A stretch of 64,000 nt of DNA from a virus (lineage: Duplodnaviria > Caudoviricetes): positions 12,652-76,651 of IMG/VR virus record IMGVR_UViG_3300020172_000524; one strand, 5' to 3'. The notes beneath the pieces are model-generated. The model saw only the letters and a program-made list of their open reading frames with translations. It was not told the DNA's origin and did no database searches. This document shows, one piece after another, positions 1 to 9,500 of this stretch (position 1 is the stretch's first letter; the number at the start of each line of letters is the position of its first letter). Made by a program: the position numbers and the translations under genes.

Positions 1-1
1 G

Positions 2-76
2 TTCGCTGCTCAATCAACTGATAATCAAGCACAAGCTGTGTTTGCTGAAGATCGTTTAAACAAAAACTCTGAATAA
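2..76 (+). CDS. C-terminal fragment of upstream virion gene (probably crAss gene-75-like)
   Basis: Open frame FAAQSTDNQAQAVFAEDRLNKNSE* runs from the window edge to TAA at 74-76; identity inferred from synteny only. Confidence 0.5.
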   Translation, partial: FAAQSTDNQAQAVFAEDRLNKNSE

Positions 77-87
77 TATATAAAACT

Positions 88-1155
88 ATGAATCACAAGA
101 TCACACAAATCTTTGTACCTAGCGCAGTAGATTCTGCTGCTGCTAGCACTTTTGCATTGGCTAATAAGTCAATCGCTGCTTTCGATGCTGATGGTAACTC
201 TAACTTGGGTGCTACTCCTGCTGTTCCTGCTTCTTTCAAATTGGTTTTTGGAACTGGTACTAACAACAAATTTGGTACTTTCAAAACTAGCGTTATCAAG
301 CAAAGCAATATTTTGTCTGTAACCAAGACTAACGCTGACTTGAGTGTAACTCAACAGGTTTCTTACTTAGGTTGGGACGAAGCTTCTGCTGCTACTCCTG
401 TTTTCAAATGTGACGAAGAATACGTTGTTACTTTGAAAATTGACGAGTACTGGAGCAAAGGCATTTACCAGCCAATGATTCAAGAGTCTGTAGTTGTTAA
501 AACTGCATGCTGCTCTGAATGTGGTGGTGACTGCGATGCTTTGTCTGCTTCTACCTACTTGACTGCTATCGTTACTAAGATCAACGCTTCTCCTTTGTTG
601 AGCAAGTATGTTGTTGCTTCTTTGGTATCTAGCGGATCTAACTACGGTGTTAAATTGGTAGGTAAGGCTTTGGATGAATTCGGTAACGCTTGTGTTCCTG
701 ATGCAGTTCCTTACGTATTCAACTTGGTACGTTTCAAAGCTCACGTTCATGAAGGTCCTTACAACACTCAAGATTTCGATATCGAAAATTCTTGTGCTGC
801 TTGGACTATCACCTATACAACTCCTGTTAAGTATCCTATCGGTGCTAAAGCTGCTATGGCTGAAATGGAGCGTCACTACTTCCGTAACAACTTGCCTAAC
901 GTAGCTGAAGCTCGCTACTACTGGAATCCTATTTACAACGAAGATGTAAATCAGTTCTTGTACGTAGATGACTACACTGCTGCTACTGGTTTTGAAATGT
1001 ACGAAATCACTTACTTGGAAGATTCTCCAGTAGGTTTCGAAAACAAAAGTAAAAACACCCACTCTATCATCATCTTGAGTGAAGAGGGTGGAGCAGGTGA
1101 AGCTGGCATCCGTGCCTTCATCAATGCTTTGACTGGTTTCTCTTTCGTAGACTAA
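88..1155 (+). CDS. Abundant virion structural protein (crAss gene-74-like / auxiliary capsid protein)
   Basis: 355 aa; codon bias typical of high expression (GCT, ACT, TTC, AAC); followed by terminator; position at start of crAss-type structural block. Confidence 0.6.
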   Translation: MNHKITQIFVPSAVDSAAASTFALANKSIAAFDADGNSNLGATPAVPASFKLVFGTGTNNKFGTFKTSVIKQSNILSVTKTNADLSVTQQVSYLGWDEASAATPVFKCDEEYVVTLKIDEYWSKGIYQPMIQESVVVKTACCSECGGDCDALSASTYLTAIVTKINASPLLSKYVVASLVSSGSNYGVKLVGKALDEFGNACVPDAVPYVFNLVRFKAHVHEGPYNTQDFDIENSCAAWTITYTTPVKYPIGAKAAMAEMERHYFRNNLPNVAEARYYWNPIYNEDVNQFLYVDDYTAATGFEMYEITYLEDSPVGFENKSKNTHSIIILSEEGGAGEAGIRAFINALTGFSFVD

Positions 1156-1167
1156 TCAAGAGATTAT

Positions 1168-1194
1168 GTGGGGGATTAATCTCCCCCACTTTTT
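1168..1194 (+). terminator. Intrinsic terminator
   Basis: GTGGGGGA-ttaatc-TCCCCCAC followed by T-run. Confidence 0.85.
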
Positions 1195-1217
1195 CTTACC
1201 TATTAACTTAAAACAAA

Positions 1218-1514
1218 ATGAAAGATATCAATCTCAAACCTGGAACATTTAGTGAAACCTTGGAAAATGCTTCTGGCAAAGGTCCTGGGAAATCACTTGT
1301 AAAATTTATCTTGGGAGTTTTATCTAGCAACTCAACTTGCTGCGATAAAACTTTTGCTTATGGTAAAGTTAACAACTCTACTATTACTCTTCTTTCTTAC
1401 AGCACATCAGAATTAGGTGCTTTGACTGGAATGACTGAAGGAACTTTAGCTTACGATACTACCTTGAACAAAGTTCATGTGTATAACGGATCTGCTTGGG
1501 TAGCTCTCCACTAA
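1218..1514 (+). CDS. Small fibre-like virion protein
   Basis: 98 aa; C-terminal GTLAYDTTLNKVHVYNGSAW resembles a common phage fibre module. Confidence 0.55.
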   Translation: MKDINLKPGTFSETLENASGKGPGKSLVKFILGVLSSNSTCCDKTFAYGKVNNSTITLLSYSTSELGALTGMTEGTLAYDTTLNKVHVYNGSAWVALH

Positions 1515-1527
1515 TCTCTAAATAAAT

Positions 1528-1553
1528 GGGGGAGATAACACTCCCCCTTTTTT
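1528..1553 (+). terminator. Intrinsic terminator
   Basis: GGGGGAG-ataaca-CTCCCCC-TTTTTT; near copy of the 1168 hairpin. Confidence 0.85.
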
Positions 1554-1561
1554 AAAAAACT

Positions 1562-2068
1562 ATGAACGTACAACTTAACTTAGAAGCACTTAAAGCAAAG
1601 GATTGCTCTTACTTGTCTATCCTTGATACATCAGTATATCCATTAGCTCCTGATACTGCAGAGATTTCTATCTCAGTACCTGGCTATGATAATCCTTTTA
1701 CTTTCAATTACACTATTGGCGAAGTAAACATATTCAACTCTTATAACTTTGGATTCACTACTTCTTCTACCAGTGGCTTTACTGCTTTACCTGATGGCGT
1801 TTATACTTTAACTATTACCACTTGTCCTGATACTGGTATCAACACTCGCTATCACTTGAGGACTTGTAAGATTGATTGTCGTCTTGGAGTACAGTGGGCT
1901 AAGTATGTAGACTGCTGTGATGACGAGAAGACTCTTATTTACTTGGACAAAATTGAGTTTTTGCTTAAGGGTGCTGAAGCACATGCTGATTTATGCAACC
2001 CTGCAAAAGCTACTGAATTATATAGAAAAGCCGATGACTTACTCAGAAGACTTGAGTCTGACTGTTAA
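1562..2068 (+). CDS. Hypothetical virion protein (beta-rich N-terminus, helical Cys-rich C-terminus)
   Basis: 168-aa ORF with A-rich start context, in structural block. Confidence 0.6.
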   Translation: MNVQLNLEALKAKDCSYLSILDTSVYPLAPDTAEISISVPGYDNPFTFNYTIGEVNIFNSYNFGFTTSSTSGFTALPDGVYTLTITTCPDTGINTRYHLRTCKIDCRLGVQWAKYVDCCDDEKTLIYLDKIEFLLKGAEAHADLCNPAKATELYRKADDLLRRLESDC

Positions 2069-2222
2069 GAAGAAACTTGCTCATGCTGCTTACAAAGAGT
2101 TACAGCATATCAAGTACTTAACAAAACCCTATTATAAAAAGTCTAAAGCACTAGCACGCTTCTTGAAGTATGCTGAATGCATAGACTGCGATACAAAAGC
2201 AACTCTGAAAATTAAACTTTAA
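2034..2222 (+). CDS. Small basic hypothetical protein with CxxC (start revised from 1917)
   Basis: MTYSEDLSLT...CIDCDTKATLKIKL fills the gap between neighbours; the upstream part of the track ORF overlaps the previous gene. Confidence 0.55.
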   Translation: MTYSEDLSLTVKKKLAHAAYKELQHIKYLTKPYYKKSKALARFLKYAECIDCDTKATLKIKL

Positions 2223-2226
2223 AACA

Positions 2227-2757
2227 ATGACTAACTGCTGCCCTAATAACAACTGCGTAGAAATCGTTCCTTCTGGGTGCGTAAAGTATACAGGTACTCC
2301 TACTCCAGGAGGTCTGATTGATTCTTTTTCTTCTTGTGACCATCCTTATTTAAATGACTTACTTAAGTTATTAGATGATAAAGTAGTTAATATAGATACT
2401 CGTGTAGGATTAAATAAAACTGCATTTGATGCAGCTAACACTGCATGTGGAACTACTTCAGTAATTTCGACAGTAGGCCTTACAGTAACAGATGATAAAT
2501 ATTATTCTGCTGAGGTAGTACTTAAACTTGTAGGAGTTATTTGTGAGTTGCGTTCTCGTTTAAACTATTTGTCTGCAGAAAACATCAATACTAATAACGG
2601 AAACTTACATTGGGAAGATCTTCCATTAAGTCCTGATTTTCTTGCTTATATAAGAACTAAATGCTTAGGAGATGATCCTTGTGGTACTGGAGTACCTACT
2701 ACCCTTGGAGGAGTTCTTAGAGCTATCATTAATAAACTTTGTACTTGCTGCCCATAA
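2227..2757 (+). CDS. Cys-rich tail fibre/hub-associated protein
   Basis: 176 aa; N-terminal CVKYTG motif paralleled by CITYSG in the next gene. Confidence 0.55.
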   Translation: MTNCCPNNNCVEIVPSGCVKYTGTPTPGGLIDSFSSCDHPYLNDLLKLLDDKVVNIDTRVGLNKTAFDAANTACGTTSVISTVGLTVTDDKYYSAEVVLKLVGVICELRSRLNYLSAENINTNNGNLHWEDLPLSPDFLAYIRTKCLGDDPCGTGVPTTLGGVLRAIINKLCTCCP

Positions 2758-2759
2758 CT

Positions 2760-4442
2760 ATGTCTACTTGTCTTGATTGTTTCGGAACACATATATCAAC
2801 TACACCTTGCACTTCTGTAGGATGTTTGTCAACTAACTATGCTAAATGTATTACCTATTCTGGGTTGCCTTTAGCTTGCGGCACAGGAGCTATTTTAACT
2901 GTAAGTAAAGCAGGTTTAGCTTTAAGTCCTACAGTTATTACCGAATACACTGTATCTCCTACAGGAGGATCAGGTTCGGGTGCATCTGTTAAGGTTACTC
3001 GTACTCCAGGTTCTAATGTTTATACAGTTACTTTACTCAACGGTGGGTCTGGATACACAGTAGGAAACTTCTTAACTGTGTTAGGAACTTCATTAGGTGG
3101 AGCTACTCCTGCAAATGATTTGACTTTGCAAGTAACTACTCTTGCAGCTATCATTGCAACAGGAACTAACTTGGATGTAGTTGTATCTAATCTTCACCAA
3201 CGTATCTGTAACTTAACAGCTTCTGGCTTAGATTACTCAGCATATAGCTATGGTTGCTTACGTTTAGGCGGTAACTTAGATAGTATTGGAACTGCTATTA
3301 CCAGTGCTCAAGGATTTGTAGAATCAGTTGCTACAGCACTTTGCTCTGTAGACAACAGAGTAGTTGCCGTAGAGACTCCTACCTTTACAGTACCTGGATG
3401 TGTTACAGGAATTACTTCTGGTAGTTCTACTTTGGGTCAAGTATTAACTGCATATGGAACTAAACTTTGTAGTACCACTACAAGCATTGATATGTCAGGA
3501 GTTGTAGGTAACCCTTGTATCACCTATTCATTTACAACTAAACCTTCTACTACTGTAGTTTCAGATTACATTAACTGGATTACTACTAATATGTGTGGTA
3601 TCTATGTTTCGCAAAACACTTACATTGGTACTGTAACTACTACAGCTAATGATCTTAAGTTTTACGTAGCTGGTGGCGGCTCTATTCCGACATCTATTAA
3701 TACTTCTTGTATCTCAGGTGGGTCAACAACAAGCACTTTATCTGCTGCTGCTATCTTGTTTACAAGTCAGATTTGTGCAATTAATACTGCTTTAGCTTCT
3801 ATCCCAGCTACAAACTATGCTTTGACTTGGGCTACCAACTTTGGTTCTACTGCATACTACGGTTATACTTTTAACTACACCAACACTTCTACTACTTTAC
3901 AAACTCAATTAAATAGAATAGTAGATACTTTAGGTAGATTAAAACTTAAGTTAAATCCAGCACACTTTACTGCTACTAGTGATTCAGATGGTTTGAATAT
4001 ATCTTTAGTTAGCAGTGGTGGATCAACTACTCCAAGTTTTGTAAACTTAACAGCAGGAACTTTAACTAATGCAGTTGTAGTTTCTTCTGCTAGATTCCCT
4101 ATTGGTAGTTTGCCTAAACTCCAAAAGTATGGTAACGTAGTTACAGTTATTGGAAGCTTAGCTGTAAATGCTACAGGTTCATTTACTTGGACTCACGGTC
4201 AATCTTTAACAATCGCAAACATTCCTGCAGGATATGCTCCTCTTTATACTCAAGTCTTTAGTGTTCTTATTCTTAAGTATGCAACAACTTCTGGTACTCC
4301 TTCAACCGCAGTTTATCAAGGTGCATGCTACATGAACGGTACAGACTTAGTAGTAGAGTTAAACAATCCCGCAGCTTCAGTGACTTTATCTGGTACAGAG
4401 TCTTTAGAGATTTTTGTAGGAGGTAATTCATACGCAGTATAA
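2760..4442 (+). CDS. Tail fibre / receptor-binding protein (start revised from 2739)
   Basis: Thr/Gly/Ser-rich; GGSGSGA..GGSGYTVG fibre module; repeated Cys-helix units; C-terminal beta domain (QKYGNVVTVIG..IPAGYAP) typical of fibre tips. Confidence 0.7.
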   Translation: MSTCLDCFGTHISTTPCTSVGCLSTNYAKCITYSGLPLACGTGAILTVSKAGLALSPTVITEYTVSPTGGSGSGASVKVTRTPGSNVYTVTLLNGGSGYTVGNFLTVLGTSLGGATPANDLTLQVTTLAAIIATGTNLDVVVSNLHQRICNLTASGLDYSAYSYGCLRLGGNLDSIGTAITSAQGFVESVATALCSVDNRVVAVETPTFTVPGCVTGITSGSSTLGQVLTAYGTKLCSTTTSIDMSGVVGNPCITYSFTTKPSTTVVSDYINWITTNMCGIYVSQNTYIGTVTTTANDLKFYVAGGGSIPTSINTSCISGGSTTSTLSAAAILFTSQICAINTALASIPATNYALTWATNFGSTAYYGYTFNYTNTSTTLQTQLNRIVDTLGRLKLKLNPAHFTATSDSDGLNISLVSSGGSTTPSFVNLTAGTLTNAVVVSSARFPIGSLPKLQKYGNVVTVIGSLAVNATGSFTWTHGQSLTIANIPAGYAPLYTQVFSVLILKYATTSGTPSTAVYQGACYMNGTDLVVELNNPAASVTLSGTESLEIFVGGNSYAV

Positions 4443-4451
4443 TAAAAATCT

Positions 4452-4521
4452 TGGCAGGGTTTTTTTGGTTGGTTTTCCTGTCATCTTGCTAGTAGGAGCC
4501 TGCGAAAGTGGGCTCTTCTAG
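4452..4521 (+). terminator. Two-hairpin structured intergenic element / probable terminator
   Basis: TGGCAGG..CCTGTCA hairpin, then AGGAGCCTGC-GAAA-GTGGGCTCTT hairpin with GNRA loop. Confidence 0.5.
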
Positions 4522-4536
4522 TTCTTAAATAAACAC

Positions 4537-4567
4537 TTGACTTAACTTTAAAATTAATTTATATTTG
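4537..4567 (+). promoter_or_regulatory. Bacteroidota sigmaA-type promoter
   Basis: TTG at 4537 and TATATTTG (-7 consensus TAnnTTTG) at 4560-4567, intergenic. Confidence 0.65.
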
Positions 4568-4601
4568 TAATAAGCCTTAAATTAACCCAAACTATATACT
4601 A

Positions 4602-5243
4602 ATGTATACTAACTCAGACTTAATCGCTAGGGTAAGAAGCGCTAACAAGTTCATCAGTGATGATGATATGATTAGTGACCGCTATATTTACGGCTTATTA
4701 AAAACTAAAGCTTCTACACTATTACGTAGAGAAATCAACTTACGAAGACTTCTTACTTCAGATAATGTGTATCAAGCATATGAGTGTTTACATTTAATTG
4801 AGGCTCCTGGTTCTGAATGTGATCTTAACTGTCCTATACGTAGAAGCAAAAACAAACTACCAAAGATAGATGAGGGGTTGTATTCGTACTTTATTCAGGG
4901 GGTGTTCAACACTTCTAACTCGCAGGAACTTTTTCCTACTACTATTAGAGATTTTATTAATCATACTTCTTTACGTTTTAAGACCCCTAAAAAGTACTAT
5001 ACTATCCGCAATGGATATCTTTACGTTTTAGATCCAGATGTAGAGTGTGTGAATATGTACGCTTACTTTACTGAGTCTATCGAAGATCTTGATGGCTCAC
5101 AGTGTATGAGTATGTATGATAAACAATTTAAGTTTCCTGGCTACTTGCTAGATACTTTAATTGAAATGTGTAATCAGTCTTTAGTCAACTATCATAAGTT
5201 GCCTTACGAGACTGAGGACAACAACAGGGATGAACCCAACTAA
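4602..5243 (+). CDS. Tail ring / head-tail connector protein (crAss gene-73-like)
   Basis: 213 aa; ISDRYIY, RSKNKLP and YYTIRNGYLY motifs; synteny before IHF-like and tail-tubular genes. Confidence 0.55.
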   Translation: MYTNSDLIARVRSANKFISDDDMISDRYIYGLLKTKASTLLRREINLRRLLTSDNVYQAYECLHLIEAPGSECDLNCPIRRSKNKLPKIDEGLYSYFIQGVFNTSNSQELFPTTIRDFINHTSLRFKTPKKYYTIRNGYLYVLDPDVECVNMYAYFTESIEDLDGSQCMSMYDKQFKFPGYLLDTLIEMCNQSLVNYHKLPYETEDNNRDEPN

Positions 5244-5245
5244 TT

Positions 5246-5734
5246 ATGTCGAAAGACTTTATAAAACCAAACCCAAGAAAACAAGTTAGGAAAAAAGAGA
5301 AAGATACAACTTCGGATACGAACTATCTTTCCCTTAGAGCCTATCATCTGTTCTTAAAAGAAACTAAACGCAAAGACATTACCTATAAGCAGTTTTGTGG
5401 CATTCCTAAAAAGATTCACATTAAACTTATAGAGAGGTTACTACGTGGAAGATACTCATTACGGTTTCCAAACTTCGGATCAATTAAAATTGTAAAGACT
5501 GAAAATGCAATTAAAGAAGGTAAACATACAATTATTAACTGGAAGCTCTACAATGAAACTGGCATCAAAGTGCCTTATAGAAATTCACATACCGATGGTG
5601 CAGTCTATAAATTTCATTTGTATCCATATTCTAAACGAATAGTTGAGTTTGGTTTCTACGATCTAAGAATGTCTAACAGACATAAGACAGCCTTAGCTCA
5701 AGCAATCAAAGACAACAAACTAAATATAAGGTAA
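5246..5734 (+). CDS. IHF/HU-like DNA-binding protein (crAss gene-53-like)
   Basis: Basic 162 aa; LRFPNFGSIKIVK matches the HU/IHF arm; conserved crAss synteny. Confidence 0.6.
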   Translation: MSKDFIKPNPRKQVRKKEKDTTSDTNYLSLRAYHLFLKETKRKDITYKQFCGIPKKIHIKLIERLLRGRYSLRFPNFGSIKIVKTENAIKEGKHTIINWKLYNETGIKVPYRNSHTDGAVYKFHLYPYSKRIVEFGFYDLRMSNRHKTALAQAIKDNKLNIR

Positions 5735-5745
5735 ACTAAAATAAA

Positions 5746-6588
5746 ATGAAATACGATAACACTAACTTTATTTCCTCTGAGCCTTTAGTTGCTGAAGTAA
5801 AGCAAGAGCTCAAGTCGTACTTTGAAGCTGGTGCTATCAGTGAGGTTCTTATTCCTACTTTCATTGACCAGGCTTTACGCAAACTTCGTGTAATGGTATT
5901 GAAGCCTGAAGAAGCTGTACTTACTTTCTCTAATTATAAATCTGAATTACCCTGTGACTTTTCTTTGTTAGACTATGCTTTGATTTACGAAGCAGATGTA
6001 CAATGGACTTCAGGTGTTAATTCTATGCAGGGATACTGGTGGCAGAATCTAGAATGTACTGGAGGTTGTGATGCAGGAGACTGTGTCAAGCAAGAAAACT
6101 ATTACGAGACTATCAGTGTACCTACACCTGGTTTTAAGATTACTATGCAACACCCTAAGATGCTTAGAGTGTATCATGGTTCTAAGACTATGTGTATTGA
6201 GGGTTGTGAAAACCTCAATGTGTCGTCAGCTGATGTATTACAAATTTATCCGAATAAAACAGTTAGTGCAACGTTTGAAACAGGTTGTGTTTTCCTTAGA
6301 TATTACTCACGTCCAATGGACGATGATAACATACCTATGGTGCCAGAAATTCTTGAGGTTGAAGAGTATGTCAAGTCTTATCTTAAGTTTAAATTTTTTG
6401 AGCAGCTTTGGCATTCAGTAGTAGACGAAAGTCAACGTCAAGTAGATTCTAAGTTTCAGTACTACAGACAAGATCAATTAAATAAGTTACAGGCTGCTAA
6501 TGGTTACTTGTTAACCTACACCAAACAGCAGATGGCTGATAACGTAGCCCGTACTAAAAATCGCTTTACTAAGTTCCATATCTCTTAA
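5746..6588 (+). CDS. Tail tubular / ring protein (P22 gp4-like class)
   Basis: 280 aa; LRYYSRPMDDDNIPMVPE motif; directly upstream of the tail-stabilisation gene as in crAss-like phages. Confidence 0.6.
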   Translation: MKYDNTNFISSEPLVAEVKQELKSYFEAGAISEVLIPTFIDQALRKLRVMVLKPEEAVLTFSNYKSELPCDFSLLDYALIYEADVQWTSGVNSMQGYWWQNLECTGGCDAGDCVKQENYYETISVPTPGFKITMQHPKMLRVYHGSKTMCIEGCENLNVSSADVLQIYPNKTVSATFETGCVFLRYYSRPMDDDNIPMVPEILEVEEYVKSYLKFKFFEQLWHSVVDESQRQVDSKFQYYRQDQLNKLQAANGYLLTYTKQQMADNVARTKNRFTKFHIS

Positions 6589-6593
6589 GTTTA

Positions 6594-9500
6594 ATGGATA
6601 ACAAGATCAATCAGAATGTAGCAGGTTTAAACCTTGATTCGGTTAATTACCAGATCAAGGAGAACATGATTACGTTTGCTCTAAACGCAAACATTCAGTC
6701 TCATGATGGTAACTCTACCACATACACTAATGAACCTTCTAACCAAATCTGTTATAATTTTACAACTAGTTATCCTGGCTATAAAATAGTAGGCACACTT
6801 AGTATCACAGAACAATCTAAGTTAATTGTATTCCTAGCTCATCCTGATGGACGTTCCTTAATAGGTGAGATAACTAACTTAAGTAAAGATTGTACTAGTC
6901 TTATAGAAACAGAAAAAGATTGTGGATGTATTTCTGGAACTGTTGTTACAAACGTAGTTACAGAAGATAGTTCTTGTTGTTTGTTTACTCCTTTAGTAGT
7001 CGACAACTGTTGTGACTGTACAGACTGCTATAGATATGATGTACAGGCTACAGACAACCAACCTTTTACGGTTGTATTTGTAGACTGTAACGGAGTAGAG
7101 ACAAGTGAGACGTTTCCTTCAGGAATAGGAACTTTTAAAGCAAAACGAAATAGGTTTATTTTACCTGTTAATGTAGAGATTCTATATTCAGTTTTAGACT
7201 CTCAAGGAACATGTATTCCTAAGAGTGCTCCTTGTTGTTTGGGTTTGTCTCCAGACTTTCCTGTCTACTCAGAATACAGAATAGATAACTGTGAGACTAA
7301 GGTTTACTTTATTGCTCGTAATATACAACCTCGTTATTTCTCATTAGAAGAGCCTTATGGCAGAGATCAATGTGGAGATGCCATTGACTGTATTACAGAC
7401 TCTTGTGAACGCTTAAAACTATTTCCAGACTTCTGCCAACCTGATATCTATCCTACTGCGGTAGACTCAGGAGGAACTTTAAAAGGTGGAGTATATTCTT
7501 TCTCTCTTGCTTACGCAGATGAGAATGGTAAAGAACTTACAGACTACGTAGATTTCTCTAATCCGATTCCAATCTTTGAGAGAGCTATCACTGAGCAGAC
7601 TGAATACGAAACCTCTAAATCTATTAGAGTTTCTATAGATCACAGTACAGCAATCTTTGATTACTTTAACTTAGTCGTAGCTGAGAACATTAATGAAGTA
7701 ACTACATACCAGTTGGTAGGTACTTATAGAGTTAACCAATCAACCTACAGAGATTCTTTGGTTTATACAGGAGATTACTCTTCTACTTTCTCTTCTATTG
7801 TTCCTTTGATTCGTAGTCCTCATTATGAGACTGCTGAGATTATTGAAAAGCAGAATGACATTCTAATGTTAGCTGACTTAGTAGAGACTCCTAAGTACAA
7901 CTTTCAACTATTAGCAAACCAGATTAAACTTCGTTGGGAAACAGTTAAGATGCCTGTGGATAATAAGTTTGACTTTTCTAATCCAGAAATTGCTTATTTC
8001 TTCCGCACTTATCAAAGAGATGAAGTTTATCCATTTGGTATTAAGTTTAAACTAAAGAACGGAAAGTATACAGATGTATTCCACATTCCTGGTAGAGAAG
8101 TATTTGTAAACTCTAACGAAGAAGAATTACTTTACTCTTCTAGTAATCCTGATGCTTTTGGTACATCTAATGATTGCATTGTAACTACAGCACAACCTAG
8201 ATGGAAAGTTTACAACACAGCTACTACAGGACTTACTCCTCCAAACAATACTCCTTCTTTGCAGGAAGTTCAATACTCTTGTAAAATTACTGTTGAAACA
8301 TCTGGAGAGTTTGCTTACTGGGAGTCTACTGAAACTTACCCTTGTTATGAGGATGTTTGGGGAACCTTAGCAGGTAAAGCTATACGTCACCACAAGTTTC
8401 CTGAGAATGCTAAGTCTCACATCCATGCAGATGGAGATGACTTTATTTATCCTATTGGAGTACGTATTTGGAATGAGTCTTTATTTGAAGGCATATTAGA
8501 CCAAGAAACTGTATACGATCCCTTAAACACTTACGGTAATCACCAGATTCCTGTTAAGGAACTTATCTGTGGTTACGAATTAGTAAGAGGTAATCGTGTA
8601 AATAACAAATCAGTTGTTGCTAAGGGACTTATCTATGACGTAGGAACTTTTATAAATGCTAAGACTGGGAAGTCTTACTACTATCCTAACTATCCCTATA
8701 ACTCTTTACAAGATGATCCATACATTAAATCTACTCCTGATTGGTATAATCAGGCAGATAGAGGCATTGATAAGGATCAAGATGGAATGAGGTTACATGA
8801 AGGATTCAACACAATTGGATCTCGCTATACATTCCATTCACCTGATACACACTTTCAGTATCCTAAGATCGGTACAGAACTTAAACTAGAAACTGTAGAG
8901 TACGGTAAAGTACAAGGACACTTTGTTCCTGTATTAGATCACCCTAAACATAAGTTTTTAACCTTAGCTGATTATGCTACAGCTGCAACACTTGCTAATG
9001 CATTAGCTTTAGCGTTTGAAAGTGATACAGCCGTAAATACTACTGTTCCACCTCCTCCTGGAGTAAGTACAACTATTAGTAATAAATCTAAAACAGATGC
9101 ACTTTCTATTATAACCAACAACCAAGCGTTTATAGACTTAATAGAAAAGTTAATTCCTTTAGCAAACTTTGCTTATCAGTTTAACTCTATTGGAGAATAC
9201 AAAAGATTCTTACCAATTACTACAATAGGAAACAGAAGAAGATTCTTAGACATTGGACTTTACGCTAATGATAAGATCGTAGAACTGAATGATGACAAAC
9301 CTATTCATAACAGATTAAGAGAGACTTCTGTTTATCTTAAGACAAACGGATCTTTCTCTACAGAATATTCAAGTATCATAGACAACAGTCGCTATACTAT
9401 TGGACAAAAAAACTTAGCAAAGGATCCAGAGCAGATAGTAGAATCTGATACTAGAGCCTACTATGCTTCTATCAAAAGAGAATTTCCAAATCAATATGGA

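Noticed and set aside
2760-4530. Diversity-generating retroelement or invertible cassette acting on the fibre gene
   Set aside because: No reverse transcriptase, recombinase or TR/VR duplicate seen in the window
7955-7963. Perfect DnaA box (TGTGGATAA)
   Set aside because: Single copy inside a CDS; roughly one is expected by chance in 64 kb of AT-rich DNA; no cluster seen
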